IMG/VR virus record: IMGVR_UViG_3300028396_000003
DNA from: an uncultured virus (IMG/VR IMGVR_UViG_3300028396_000003)
Lineage: Duplodnaviria > Heunggongvirae > Uroviricota > Caudoviricetes
Length of the DNA stretch: 64,000 nucleotides
Strand: one strand, 5' to 3'
Shown: positions 31,701 through 41,030 of the stretch, piece by piece
How the letters are laid out: the number at the start of each line of letters is the position of its first letter
How positions within the stretch are numbered: position 1 is the stretch's first letter
Position numbers and translations under genes: made by a program
Notes under the pieces: model-generated
What the model was told of the DNA's origin: nothing
Database searches by the model: none
Seen by the model: the letters and a program-made list of their open reading frames with translations, nothing else

Positions 31701-32743
31701 TATCCTGCACTCGCACTAATTATGTTTTGTCTTCTTTGTTCTTCATCTGAAAGCGCAATATCCTGGCCACCTGATGTACCATAATCATGCGATGTTTCAA
31801 TTTCTAATTCAGTCATATTGAGACTAAGAGTAACACCAGCAGGTTTACCACCTTTCATAATCGAAACTCCACCGCCTGCACCATAGTCTACACTAAACTC
31901 TGTTATCATAGAACTTTTATATTTAATAAAGTGATCGCTATTAACACCGAGTAAATATACATCAACAACGGAAGGATATTGTAAAAATGCTTTTGGTATC
32001 CCAGATAAGTTTGTTACTTCAGGTAATGATTTTCTCTTAATCATATTAACGATATTTTTAATTCTTTCAGAGTCAGCTGCACTGTTTGGAAACAAATCCC
32101 AAGAAAATTGGTGAGTTCTTAGATTAACGCCTTCGAATGAAAGAGTTTCACGAGGGTTAATTGTTTGGCCAGTTACTAAATCAATAGCTCTGCCAACACC
32201 GTTACCTGATAGGAGAGGACTGTTTCTTAATAAATATTGCGATGCAGATGCAACATCTTTAACGTCTGTTCCAAGTACTTCTTTTGCCATACCTCTGGCA
32301 GCTTTCATTAAATCTCCGCCACCAATCCCACTAAGCCCAGCACCCATTGATTGTAACATTTGCGGAATTTGCTCAGCGGTCATTGAACCTTTACCATCAA
32401 TAAAGTCATTAACTTTACTAGCAATACTTTCAACAAACGGATCTCTCTCGTTGCCATTTATTCTTAGGCCTGTATTATCCAATAATGCTTTTGGGAATGG
32501 CAATTCAATAGTATCGACCCCTCTTAATCGAGCTCCTGATGCACGGTTATTGAACGCTTGTTGGAACGGAGTTCTTCTTAAACCATTGTTATTTCCAACT
32601 TTAATATCCTCATACGTAAAGTCTTTAAAACTTAATAAACAACTATGTGCGTGCGGTTGTTCGGGAAAACATTGATAACCTTGCGAAAATCTCTGTTCTT
32701 TTCTATTTCGGTATGTCTCAACGCGTCTCAGCAAATTTACCAT
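31700..32743 (-). CDS. gp48: Baseplate tail-tube cap gp48-like
   Basis: INPRETLSFEGVNLRTHQFSWDLFPNS, FLQYPS, LSLNMTELE. Confidence 0.75.
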   Translation of the reverse strand: MVNLLRRVETYRNRKEQRFSQGYQCFPEQPHAHSCLLSFKDFTYEDIKVGNNNGLRRTPFQQAFNNRASGARLRGVDTIELPFPKALLDNTGLRINGNERDPFVESIASKVNDFIDGKGSMTAEQIPQMLQSMGAGLSGIGGGDLMKAARGMAKEVLGTDVKDVASASQYLLRNSPLLSGNGVGRAIDLVTGQTINPRETLSFEGVNLRTHQFSWDLFPNSAADSERIKNIVNMIKRKSLPEVTNLSGIPKAFLQYPSVVDVYLLGVNSDHFIKYKSSMITEFSVDYGAGGGVSIMKGGKPAGVTLSLNMTELEIETSHDYGTSGGQDIALSDEEQRRQNIISASAG

Positions 32744-32764
32744 AGATTTTTCCTGTCGTTTGAT

Positions 32765-32772
32765 TATAAATA
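32765..32772 (+). promoter_or_regulatory. T4-type late promoter for the gp4-gp2-gp54 operon
   Basis: TATAAATA on + in the divergent intergenic region. Confidence 0.8.
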
Positions 32773-32783
32773 GTTTATTGTTC

Positions 32784-32791
32784 TATTTATA
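32784..32791 (-). promoter_or_regulatory. T4-type late promoter for the gp48-gp53-gp5 operon
   Basis: TATAAATA on - in the same divergent region. Confidence 0.8.
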
Positions 32792-32810
32792 CTAAATTAT
32801 GAGGCACGAA

Positions 32811-33266
32811 TTGGCATATAGCGGAAGGTTTCGACCAAAGAACCCAACTAAATACAAGGGTGACCCTACAAAGATTATTTATCGTTCCATGTGGGAATTT
32901 AAGTTTTTTCGTTATGTAGATGAACATCCTGATGTTGTATGGTGGCAAAGTGAAGAGGTAGTAATACCATATATGTCTCCTATTGACGGAAGAAGGCACA
33001 GGTATTTTCCTGATGTTATTGTTCATAGGAAAATAGCGAGTGGCGAACAGAAAACTTTGATGATTGAAATTAAACCGGCTGCACAGACAAAGCCACCTGA
33101 TAGAAGTAAAATGAAAACGAGTAAAGGTCGGGTATCCCGCAGATATCTAAACGAGGTAAAGACATATGGCGTCAACGAAGCGAAATGGAAAGCAGCTAGA
33201 AAATTCTGCGCTGACCGTGGTTGGGCATTTGAAATTTACACAGAACACGAACTGGGATTAAAGTAA
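32811..33266 (+). CDS. gp4: Head completion protein gp4 (TnsA-like nuclease fold)
   Basis: AYSGRFRPKNPTKYKGDPTKIIYRSMWE, RYFPD, IEIKP, NEAKWKAA. TTG start after GAGG chosen; alternative ATG at 32799. Confidence 0.9.
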   Translation: MAYSGRFRPKNPTKYKGDPTKIIYRSMWEFKFFRYVDEHPDVVWWQSEEVVIPYMSPIDGRRHRYFPDVIVHRKIASGEQKTLMIEIKPAAQTKPPDRSKMKTSKGRVSRRYLNEVKTYGVNEAKWKAARKFCADRGWAFEIYTEHELGLK

Positions 33267-33871
33267 TGGTAGCAAAAGTATTCGATGATATTTTATTAAA
33301 AGGTGTTCGCAGCGGTCAGATACCAGCTCGGACAGACGCTGCCAGAGAATGGTATCGCCAGCAAGCCAAAGATACTACAAAGGCGAAGTCTCGTCCAGAA
33401 AAAATGATTAAAGAAATGGGTAAAGAACGCGCAAAAAGCAGATTTGAATTAGGCAATATGTATATGTTTAATTATTTAGCTAAGCATGCAGATACTTTAC
33501 CATATTATGATAGATTTCCGCTCATATTTCCAATAAATAGAGCTAAAGGTGGCTTCATGGGAATTAATATGCATTACTTACCTCCTGTCTTAAGAGCTAA
33601 GTTAATGGATGCGCTTTATGATACTGCTAACAATAAATACTATGACGAAACAACTAAATTAAAATTAAGCTATCAGACTTTGGCAAGTGCGACTAAATTT
33701 AAAGAATTTAAACCATGTATAAAACATTACTTAACTGGTCAGCTAAGATCGCGATTAATATATATCTCACCTTCAGAATGGGATGTAGCGTTATTTTTAC
33801 CAACGGCACGCTTTGTAGGTGCCACACAAGCACAGGTCTTTAAAGACTCAAGAAAGATAATCAGAGGATAA
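33266..33871 (+). CDS. gp2: DNA end protector gp2
   Basis: LPYYDRFPLIF, GINMHYLPP, KPCIKHYL, EWDVALFLP. Confidence 0.9.
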   Translation: MVAKVFDDILLKGVRSGQIPARTDAAREWYRQQAKDTTKAKSRPEKMIKEMGKERAKSRFELGNMYMFNYLAKHADTLPYYDRFPLIFPINRAKGGFMGINMHYLPPVLRAKLMDALYDTANNKYYDETTKLKLSYQTLASATKFKEFKPCIKHYLTGQLRSRLIYISPSEWDVALFLPTARFVGATQAQVFKDSRKIIRG

Positions 33872-33872
33872 C

Positions 33873-34646
33873 ATGGCGTTTAGTATAAAAGATTTTAAAT
33901 CGCAAATGGATCGCTTCGGCGGACCACAACGGCAGTCGTTATTTGAAGTTACTATTAATAACTTTCCAGTTAATGTTTCTGCCATGGACACAAGGGATTT
34001 AACATTCTTTTGTAAAAACGTAGCAATCCCTGGGTTAAGTATGGCATTAACTTCATACGAAGCTGTTGGACAACAACGTAGAATGTATCCAACAATGATG
34101 AACCCAGAACCAGTACAAGCTATCTTTATGTTAGACTCAGACCATCAAGTATTAACATTTTTCCATTCATGGATGCAGCGAATAGTAAATTATTCTACTT
34201 CAGGTGGAAACTTTTCTGAGGTTGGTGGTGCGTTACCATTTGAAATTGGATATAAAAACGAATACGGATGCCGCTTAACAATTAAAGCATATTCAAATGA
34301 TTTTTTAGAAACAGGCAAGTATTACGAAACAATATTAGATGGTGCATTCCCTGGGTTACTAGGAGATGTTGATTTGGCGTGGGAATCAAATGATAGTTAC
34401 GGTACTTTACCAATAAGTTTCCAATATGATAGAATTGAATTTTCAGGCGAGCGCCAAGGAATAACAACAGGAAGATTTAATAGAGGCAACGGCTTACTTG
34501 GTCTTATCGAGTCAGTTGGTGACTTTGGTCAGTTAATTGGACAAAACATTGTGCCAAGATCAATACAAGATAGTGTAGACAAATTTACACGAATTACAAA
34601 TAACTTTGACAATATATCAAACCGCGTTGGCGGTATTTTTAGATAA
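33873..34646 (+). CDS. Tail tube initiator, gp54/gp19-like
   Basis: Tube-protein pattern (FFCKNVAIPG, FFHSWMQ.I, YKNEY, AFP...GDVDLAW, ISFQYD) and position after gp2. Confidence 0.7.
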   Translation: MAFSIKDFKSQMDRFGGPQRQSLFEVTINNFPVNVSAMDTRDLTFFCKNVAIPGLSMALTSYEAVGQQRRMYPTMMNPEPVQAIFMLDSDHQVLTFFHSWMQRIVNYSTSGGNFSEVGGALPFEIGYKNEYGCRLTIKAYSNDFLETGKYYETILDGAFPGLLGDVDLAWESNDSYGTLPISFQYDRIEFSGERQGITTGRFNRGNGLLGLIESVGDFGQLIGQNIVPRSIQDSVDKFTRITNNFDNISNRVGGIFR

Positions 34647-34661
34647 TAGGAGAATTAGATT

Positions 34662-35363
34662 ATGGGACTACCAAAAATTGATTTACCAATTTATGAGCTT
34701 GAATTGCCATCAACCGGTGAGACTATTAAGTACAGACCATTTACTGTAAAAGAAGAAAAGATTTTATTAGTTGCACAAGAAGCCGATGATCCAATGCAAG
34801 AATTGTTGGCAGCTAAACAAGTTGTTAATAACTGTGTCGTTGACATAGATATTTCTAAGCTTGCGATGTTTGATTTAGAATTTATTATTTTGAATTTAAG
34901 ATCTAAATCAGTCAACAACGAAACTAAATTTGGTTTAAAAGATCCTGACACGTTAGAAACGGTTGAGCTTGTTATGGATTTAAACACAGTAAGTTTAGAA
35001 ACATCAGAAGAACATTCAAATAAGGTTAAGATTAACGAAGAATTTAGTTTATTTTTAAAGTACCCTACTATTGATGAATACATTAAGATTAGGGACAGAG
35101 ATCCAGAGGATCCTTTATTGAATTACTTTATTTTAACATCGTGTTTAGATAAAGTGGCATCTGAAGATGAAGTTCATGAATTTAGAAACTACAGTACAAA
35201 AGAAATTGACGATTTCATGGAAAATATTTCTTCTGATATTGTTAAAGGAATACAAAGCTTTTTTGAAACAATGCCGAAGCTAAGGCATACTTTAAATTAT
35301 ACAAACAAAGACGGCGTAGACAAAACATTTGCAGTGGAGGGTATGAACTCTTTTTTTATCTAA
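34662..35363 (+). CDS. gp26: Baseplate hub subunit gp26
   Basis: MGLPKIDLPIYELELPSTG..IKYRPFTVKEEKILL, FFETMPKL. Confidence 0.88.
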   Translation: MGLPKIDLPIYELELPSTGETIKYRPFTVKEEKILLVAQEADDPMQELLAAKQVVNNCVVDIDISKLAMFDLEFIILNLRSKSVNNETKFGLKDPDTLETVELVMDLNTVSLETSEEHSNKVKINEEFSLFLKYPTIDEYIKIRDRDPEDPLLNYFILTSCLDKVASEDEVHEFRNYSTKEIDDFMENISSDIVKGIQSFFETMPKLRHTLNYTNKDGVDKTFAVEGMNSFFI

Positions 35364-35530
35364 TGCTGAGTCATACGACTTTAGCGGATTATTATCAAAC
35401 GATATTCACTTTGGCTCAGCACCATAAATATTCCATAGATGAAATTGAAGGTATGGTACCATATGAAAGAGATTTATATTTTGGCATGTTAGTTGATTAT
35501 GTACAGAAACAAAACGAAAATAGGCAGTAA
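35363..35530 (+). CDS. gp51: Baseplate hub assembly catalyst gp51-like (55 aa, below the ORF-track cutoff)
   Basis: My translation: MLSHTTLADYYQTIFTLAQHHKYSIDEIEGMVPYERDLYFGMLVDYVQKQNENRQ; TAATG coupling with gp26. Confidence 0.8.
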   Translation: MLSHTTLADYYQTIFTLAQHHKYSIDEIEGMVPYERDLYFGMLVDYVQKQNENRQ

Positions 35531-35536
35531 TTAAAA

Positions 35537-37588
35537 ATGGCAATTTCAGAAGATACCAAAGCAATCATTTCGCAGCTAGAAATGCAAGGCGAACTTATAC
35601 GAAATACCGGTGCTAACTCTTTAAGAGAAGTCAATGTTAAACTTGATAAGTTTAGCGACGCATTTGTATCTATTGCAGCAAACATTTCAAGCAATAACCA
35701 AATGCTACAAAATTCTCAAAAGATGATGAGGGAACAAGCTGAATATGATCGCCAACAACGAGACTTCGATGATTTAAAAAGAGATAAAGAAGTTAAGGTA
35801 AAAGAAAAAAGCGATTTAGGAGTTAAAGAAGGCCTTAAAGATATTAAAGATAGTTTATCTGGTTTTAGTATGACAGGTTTACTTGGTGGTATCGGTAAAG
35901 CTATTGGTATTGGTTTAGGTGCGGCTGTTGCAGGTAATATATTAAAAGGATTTGTCGACGAAAAATATGACGGAGCCTTTACTAATTTTCAAAACAATCT
36001 TGCCAACTTAGACTTTGGATTAATTAACCAGTCTATAAAAGATATGCAATTAGCAACAGAAAAATTAGTTACACAAATGGAACAAATAAACGAAACAGTA
36101 AAAAAAATTACTGATAGCCTTTTATTTAAACTTGCAACAACTGTTGGCATTCTTACCACTATTCAACAAACCTTTAAGCGCATTATTGGTCCGTACTTTG
36201 CAGATGTTTTTGATGCAAGGAGAGTAAAAAGAAGACAACAAATGGATATGTTTAGAAATGCTGATAAATTATCCATGGAAAACCTAGAAGAATTTAACAA
36301 AACTCGTAACAGACCTCCACTAGGCACAGATTTTATGCCAGAAAATTTAACTTCACCAGAACTTGATGGAACCAGCAGCGGTGGAAAAGGTCTTATTGGT
36401 GGAAGTAATGCTATCGACACAAACAACCCAAACCGTATAATACCACCCAATGGGCCTAATGCATTTAATGCACCAAACGATATTTATGAACCTGTTAGAG
36501 ACCGTGGTGGTCGAGCGTTTGGTTCTTTTGGAGCTTCAGGTCAAGGTAATTTTATAACTAGAGGAAAAGGAAATCAAGCGTTAGTTGATTCTAGTATGGG
36601 ACCAAATGGCGAACGCGGAGTTGGACGTTCGCCGGGTGCACAAGCTGGATTTAAAAAACCTAAAGGCGCATTTATGTCTCAAGCTGAATTAGATCTCGCG
36701 TTTAAAGAATTAGGACAATTAAAACTGTTTAAAGAAGTTGTAAAAGGGTTAGTATTTGTTGGTATTGCTTGGACCATATATGATTCAATAAATTTATATT
36801 ATGCATGGAAAGCAACACCTGAAGGCCCTGCAGGAGACGAAGCCAGAAAAATGATACTTATAAACGAGTTTGGCTCGTTGGTTACTGGCGCTGGTGGCGC
36901 TGCGGTTGGTGCTTTTATTGGAACTTTTGGTGGACCTTGGGGAATATTACTTTTTTCAGTTATTGGTGGAGTCGCGGGATCACTTGCAGGTCCAACTATA
37001 GTAGGAATGATTTATGACTGGGCTAATGAAAAACCATTAACCGAACAACAAGCAGAGCAAGCTATAGCAGCAATTGATGGAAAGATTGAAACACTTACAG
37101 CAAATATGAATAACGCTATGACATCTGGCAGCCCATTCGCTGGTGCAGCTGCTATGGGTGCTCAGGAAGGAATAAGAGCGTTAGTTGACGAAAGAAATGT
37201 TCTTTCAGCACGAGTAGCAAGTATTAGAAGAGCGAGAGGCCCAGCAGTTCGCGAAGGAATGAATTACTTACAATCAGGAATGGAAGCAGCCGCATACGGT
37301 TCTGGTGGTAGACGTATGTTTGAAATATCACGCAGTGGAACTCCTCAACAAAAAGCAGTATTACTTGATGCATTACTTGAAGTAGAATCTAGATACCAAA
37401 AAGGTATGACTGATATAGAAGCATTCCTTTCTCAAGGTGCTGCACCAACTATTATTAATGCTCCAACTAATGTTAATCCAGTTATTACCAATACACACGG
37501 TGGTAATAGTAAATCTGAAGTTAATGTTGTAGGCGGTGGTTTTGCTGGCGATACGTTTGTAAATGGTTTACCATACTTAGCTCAATAA
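35537..37588 (+). CDS. Probable tape measure / hub protein (gp29-like)
   Basis: 683-aa helical protein with Gly/Ala hydrophobic segments, located after gp26/gp51; call rests on position and composition. Confidence 0.5.
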   Translation: MAISEDTKAIISQLEMQGELIRNTGANSLREVNVKLDKFSDAFVSIAANISSNNQMLQNSQKMMREQAEYDRQQRDFDDLKRDKEVKVKEKSDLGVKEGLKDIKDSLSGFSMTGLLGGIGKAIGIGLGAAVAGNILKGFVDEKYDGAFTNFQNNLANLDFGLINQSIKDMQLATEKLVTQMEQINETVKKITDSLLFKLATTVGILTTIQQTFKRIIGPYFADVFDARRVKRRQQMDMFRNADKLSMENLEEFNKTRNRPPLGTDFMPENLTSPELDGTSSGGKGLIGGSNAIDTNNPNRIIPPNGPNAFNAPNDIYEPVRDRGGRAFGSFGASGQGNFITRGKGNQALVDSSMGPNGERGVGRSPGAQAGFKKPKGAFMSQAELDLAFKELGQLKLFKEVVKGLVFVGIAWTIYDSINLYYAWKATPEGPAGDEARKMILINEFGSLVTGAGGAAVGAFIGTFGGPWGILLFSVIGGVAGSLAGPTIVGMIYDWANEKPLTEQQAEQAIAAIDGKIETLTANMNNAMTSGSPFAGAAAMGAQEGIRALVDERNVLSARVASIRRARGPAVREGMNYLQSGMEAAAYGSGGRRMFEISRSGTPQQKAVLLDALLEVESRYQKGMTDIEAFLSQGAAPTIINAPTNVNPVITNTHGGNSKSEVNVVGGGFAGDTFVNGLPYLAQ

Positions 37589-37612
37589 AAAAGGGAGCGT
37601 TTGCTCCCTTTC
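37586..37612. terminator. Bidirectional intrinsic terminator
   Basis: AAAGGGAGC-GTTT-GCTCCCTTT hairpin with A/T tails between convergent operons. Confidence 0.8.
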
Positions 37613-37613
37613 T

Positions 37614-37838
37614 CTAACCTCCGCCAATCCACGTTTTACTCGGATGATACCAATTCTTTTGGTTATGAATACGTCCAAGTAATTCATGCATTTCTCGCAT
37701 TTCAGTACGAAGTTGGTCTGATGTTTCTCCTAAAGCAATTGCCATAGCCCTACGACCAATTTTTGCTTGAAGGGCATGCTCAATAATTTCAATATCTCGT
37801 ACGCCAAGTTTAAAGTTTTTGTTAGGTTTAACAGCCAT
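37614..37838 (-). CDS. Hypothetical protein (74 aa)
   Basis: Abuts the upstream ORF and ends at the terminator. Confidence 0.7.
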   Translation of the reverse strand: MAVKPNKNFKLGVRDIEIIEHALQAKIGRRAMAIALGETSDQLRTEMREMHELLGRIHNQKNWYHPSKTWIGGG

Positions 37839-38006
37839 TTAAAATACTAATCCAAAACTGTAATCATATACAAAACGCAGGCTTGTGCCAACATAATATC
37901 CAAATGAGTTGGCAACGTCCATAACGTATCCTTCTTTATTTCCTAATGGCATAAAGATTGCTAACAAAAAACATGCTGATAAATATAATTTAATAAGGTT
38001 CCACAT
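37839..38006 (-). CDS. Small hypothetical membrane protein (55 aa)
   Basis: My translation: MWNLIKLYLSACFLLAIFMPLGNKEGYVMDVANSFGYYVGTSLRFVYDYSFGLVF; fills the gap exactly. Confidence 0.6.
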   Translation of the reverse strand: MWNLIKLYLSACFLLAIFMPLGNKEGYVMDVANSFGYYVGTSLRFVYDYSFGLVF

Positions 38007-38008
38007 GT

Positions 38009-38149
38009 TTATAGTCCTAGAATTCCAAACAGGTTAAACCAACCCATCGATGTTCCAATAATAATTGGTGTACCAACCATCATAAGAGCTATGATTAAAA
38101 ATGCTGCTATAGCACCTTTAGTATCTCCAGCTTCGTTTGGGTTACTCAT
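38009..38149 (-). CDS. Small hypothetical membrane protein (46 aa)
   Basis: My translation: MSNPNEAGDTKGAIAAFLIIALMMVGTPIIIGTSMGWFNLFGILGL; ATGA overlap with the upstream ORF. Confidence 0.6.
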   Translation of the reverse strand: MSNPNEAGDTKGAIAAFLIIALMMVGTPIIIGTSMGWFNLFGILGL

Positions 38150-38358
38150 ACGTTCCACTCCAATTCATCTTCAATAGCGGCTTGTACCGCTTGGTAGTAA
38201 TCTCTATTTTCATCATCCATTTGCGCAAAGTATAATCCTGCGCATGATAGTAAATAATGAACATTGCTGTTTTCTTCAAGGTGTGCACGTGGATTACTTT
38301 CCATTAATTCTTGGAGCTGATCCATGTATCCTTTAACAGCAGCTTGTTGTTTATTCAT
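38146..38358 (-). CDS. Hypothetical protein (70 aa)
   Basis: Start reassigned to MNKQQ after a GGAGA SD. Confidence 0.65.
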   Translation of the reverse strand: MNKQQAAVKGYMDQLQELMESNPRAHLEENSNVHYLLSCAGLYFAQMDDENRDYYQAVQAAIEDELEWNV

Positions 38359-38647
38359 GTTCTCCGCCTTGTGCTCGACCGTTATATTGGCCAAATAGTT
38401 GTGGTGTACGCTTAGCAGCTTCAAATGTTGCGACAGTAATAAATACCGCGCCAAGTAGAATTACGTGAAGTACCATACTAAAGATACCTGCCCACATACT
38501 GCCGACGATGATACCAAATACAATACACCACATCCATGCTAATACTTGCATTATCATATGACGTACAGCCAAGTTTGTTATATTACTTAGTGGGTTATAA
38601 TCGGAATCCATTACTACATTCCAACTGCTTACTACAAAATCTCTCAT
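38351..38647 (-). CDS. Two-TM membrane protein (98 aa)
   Basis: WNVVMDSDYNPL...RHMIMQVLAWMWCIVF with two hydrophobic helices; has its own promoter. Confidence 0.75.
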   Translation of the reverse strand: MRDFVVSSWNVVMDSDYNPLSNITNLAVRHMIMQVLAWMWCIVFGIIVGSMWAGIFSMVLHVILLGAVFITVATFEAAKRTPQLFGQYNGRAQGGEHE

Positions 38648-38681
38648 ATTATTTTCCTATTATGCGTTGTGTTATGTTTCT

Positions 38682-38710
38682 ATTATATACTATATTTATA
38701 TGTATGTCAA
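38682..38710 (-). promoter_or_regulatory. Consensus sigma70 promoter with an embedded late promoter
   Basis: TTGACA-N17-TATAAT; TATAAATA at 38693-38700 lies in the spacer. Confidence 0.85.
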
Positions 38711-38711
38711 T

Positions 38712-38738
38712 AGAAAAATGGAGGGGCTTTCACCCTCC
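38712..38738 (-). terminator. Intrinsic terminator after hsp20
   Basis: GGAGGG-TGAAAGC-CCCTCC followed by ATTTTT. Confidence 0.75.
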
Positions 38739-38746
38739 TGCTTTTA

Positions 38747-39196
38747 CTAACCTTTAAGGAATTCTTTTTCACCGCGGTTGATTTTAATCTTTTGCGGTTT
38801 CTTTTCCTCTGGGATAACATTTTCTAAATGCACTGTTAAAATACCTGCATTTAATTCAGCTCCATGGATTTCAATAGTATCCATTAATGTAAATTCTCTT
38901 TTGAAGCTTCGTGCTGAAATACCTTTATGAAGATAGTTTTTATCATCATCAGTATCTTTATTACCAGCAATGGTTAGTACACCCAACTTACGTGAAATAT
39001 CCAAATCATCATAATCAAAACCAGCAATCGCTAACTGAAGTTCGTAGCGATCATCGTCTAGTTTGACAACATTATAAGGTGGATATTTTGGGGATGTAGT
39101 TGGTAGTGTTGTTGATGTCATTCTATCTAACATTCGGTCAAAGCCGATAAAGAATGGATCATTAAGCATATTCGCATTAAATGTGCGTGTGTTCAT
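38747..39196 (-). CDS. hsp20: Small heat shock protein (Hsp20/IbpA family)
   Basis: FFIGFDRM, YPPYNVVK, LAIAGF, YLHKGISARSFKREFTL, NVIPEEKKP. Confidence 0.95.
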   Translation of the reverse strand: MNTRTFNANMLNDPFFIGFDRMLDRMTSTTLPTTSPKYPPYNVVKLDDDRYELQLAIAGFDYDDLDISRKLGVLTIAGNKDTDDDKNYLHKGISARSFKREFTLMDTIEIHGAELNAGILTVHLENVIPEEKKPQKIKINRGEKEFLKG

Positions 39197-39299
39197 TTTA
39201 GTTCTCCTTATTAAGCGAGTTTAATGTAAGGAACCCGTTATGGCATTCCTAATACTATATATAATACTTTTTATTTAAATGTCAATAGTTTTTTTAAAA

Positions 39300-39617
39300 T
39301 TAATCAACATATGGCTCAAATTCAGTACCACTTGCTACAAGGCAAGCAATATTTCCTGGGTAAAGAGCCAATAAAGACCACGTTCCCGTGTCTTGGTTTG
39401 TCGTGAATACCATTTTAGCAGGAACTATTTGGTCACTGATATGGCGTTGGATAACGTCGCCTTTAAAAAGCATCTCTTCGTCTTTTTGTCTGATAACATT
39501 AGCAACGATTGGAAATTCAGAGCAAGGTTGAGATGCCATAAAAGGCGCGTTAAAAGGCTGTTCTTGAGCTGCTATTGGACTTGCAAGCAGAGTTAGTGGT
39601 ATTAGATATTTAAACAT
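39300..39617 (-). CDS. Hypothetical protein with signal peptide
   Basis: MFKYLIPLTLLASPIAAQE signal-like N-terminus; NQDTGTWSLL..ACLVASG. Confidence 0.7.
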   Translation of the reverse strand: MFKYLIPLTLLASPIAAQEQPFNAPFMASQPCSEFPIVANVIRQKDEEMLFKGDVIQRHISDQIVPAKMVFTTNQDTGTWSLLALYPGNIACLVASGTEFEPYVD

Positions 39618-39625
39618 ATCATTTC

Positions 39626-40135
39626 CTATTCTCCAGTGCTTCCAAACCCTCCGTCTCTATCAGTTTTTTGCTCTGGCGCTGTTTTGGTTTCTGTTAACTT
39701 AATTTTATTTACTTTTTCAACAATACATTGTGCTAGACGTTCACCGCTGGTAATTGATACTAAACTATCTGTTTCGTTTAATAACATAATGTATGTTGGA
39801 TCTATATAATCTGAGTCAATAATTCCAGTGCCATTTGCCAAGCTTAAACCTTTTTTCAAGGCAACACTTGATCTAATAAACATTTTCATTACATGTTTTT
39901 CTGGTATATCAAAAATTAAACCAGTTGGAATAAGTACACGAGTGTCAGGCGGTAATTGAAAACAATGCTCTTCTTTCCCTACTCCTTTTACTGCAATTTG
40001 TACTGCCTTATTCCAGTTATTATATGCCTGTAAACGATCGCCTCGTTTAAAACAAGCTTTTAAGTCAAATGCAGCTGATCCCTCTGTAGCGTATTCAGGT
40101 AATTCAGCATTTTCGTTCATTCTATAAATTTTCAT
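39626..40135 (-). CDS. dut: Trimeric dUTPase
   Basis: SAAFDL, IPTGL, RSS.A.K, GIIDSDY, ERLAQ, RDGGFGSTG motifs. Confidence 0.93.
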   Translation of the reverse strand: MKIYRMNENAELPEYATEGSAAFDLKACFKRGDRLQAYNNWNKAVQIAVKGVGKEEHCFQLPPDTRVLIPTGLIFDIPEKHVMKMFIRSSVALKKGLSLANGTGIIDSDYIDPTYIMLLNETDSLVSITSGERLAQCIVEKVNKIKLTETKTAPEQKTDRDGGFGSTGE

Positions 40136-40137
40136 TA

Positions 40138-40542
40138 TCACTTCTTTCCAATGTTATATTTTGCTTCTAATGTCCAGTTTGATTTTTCTTTATGCGATAT
40201 AATTTTAATTTGGTTTAATTGAGCAACAGGTTCTTTACTATTGTCAGGGTTGACTATAGCAACTAATTCCCATTCTTCTAATAAGTTAACAATAGTATTT
40301 CTACGAGCTTCGTCTTCTTCTGCAAACGTATCTTTTTTACCATCAAGAATAAACAATTCTTTAAAATGCAATATAGAATATCTACCTTGCTTGTGTAAAA
40401 TATGACATGTTTGATAAAGCTTTTTCTCTTTACGAGACGAAATACCAATTCGTGTTAGAGTTTCTTTTACTTTAAGGAAACTATCAGGGGAAGGAAGAGT
40501 AACCTCGATTCCTACGCCTTTAAAAATATCTTCTGAGTTCAT
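40138..40542 (-). CDS. regA: Translational repressor RegA
   Basis: FLKVKETLTRIGI.SRK.KKLYQTCHILHKQGRY.I.HFKELF.LDGK. Confidence 0.95.
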   Translation of the reverse strand: MNSEDIFKGVGIEVTLPSPDSFLKVKETLTRIGISSRKEKKLYQTCHILHKQGRYSILHFKELFILDGKKDTFAEEDEARRNTIVNLLEEWELVAIVNPDNSKEPVAQLNQIKIISHKEKSNWTLEAKYNIGKK

Positions 40543-40625
40543 AACCACAGCACCTTTTTTTATTATTAATTATATGGTGTGGTCTCACACTGTGACCAAC
40601 GAATATATTTATTGTTTTGAATATT

Positions 40626-41030
40626 TTACCTAGTAACACCGCCAGTCGTTAACCTCGCTCGAATGCTTTTCATATCCTCAGCAGAAAGTGCTTTAAGGTA
40701 TAGTTTTGCTATTGTTCTGTTGCATTGATATACTTCTTGTATAGTATCGAGATCATCGCTCTTGGCTGCCTTTGGCCATTTGCTAAATCGTTTACGTTTT
40801 CTAAACGCACCACGATAATAATCAAATTGAGCTTTATGTGGTAAATGGGCACGCATATTCATTTCGTTAGCATGTAGTATTGTATCCTCAAAGTTTACGA
40901 ACCCGCGGTTAATAATATATGGCACATATAGATTTTCTGCCATTTCTGGATTTTCATGGTTACCAATTAGATCTTCCTTAGAGAAAGATGCGGCATTCAT
41001 AAAATCAAAAGGTGTTATTTCTTTCGGCAA
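40626..41030 (-). CDS. gp62: Clamp loader small subunit gp62
   Basis: YVPYIINRG, ANEMN, QFDYY..RKRKRFSKW. Confidence 0.9.
   Translation of the reverse strand: MPKEITPFDFMNAASFSKEDLIGNHENPEMAENLYVPYIINRGFVNFEDTILHANEMNMRAHLPHKAQFDYYRGAFRKRKRFSKWPKAAKSDDLDTIQEVYQCNRTIAKLYLKALSAEDMKSIRARLTTGGVTR

Noticed and set aside
39256..39285. Sigma70 promoter upstream of hsp20
   Set aside because: TTGACA is present but there is no good -10 at 17-nt spacing (ATATAT); plausible but not listed as a feature.
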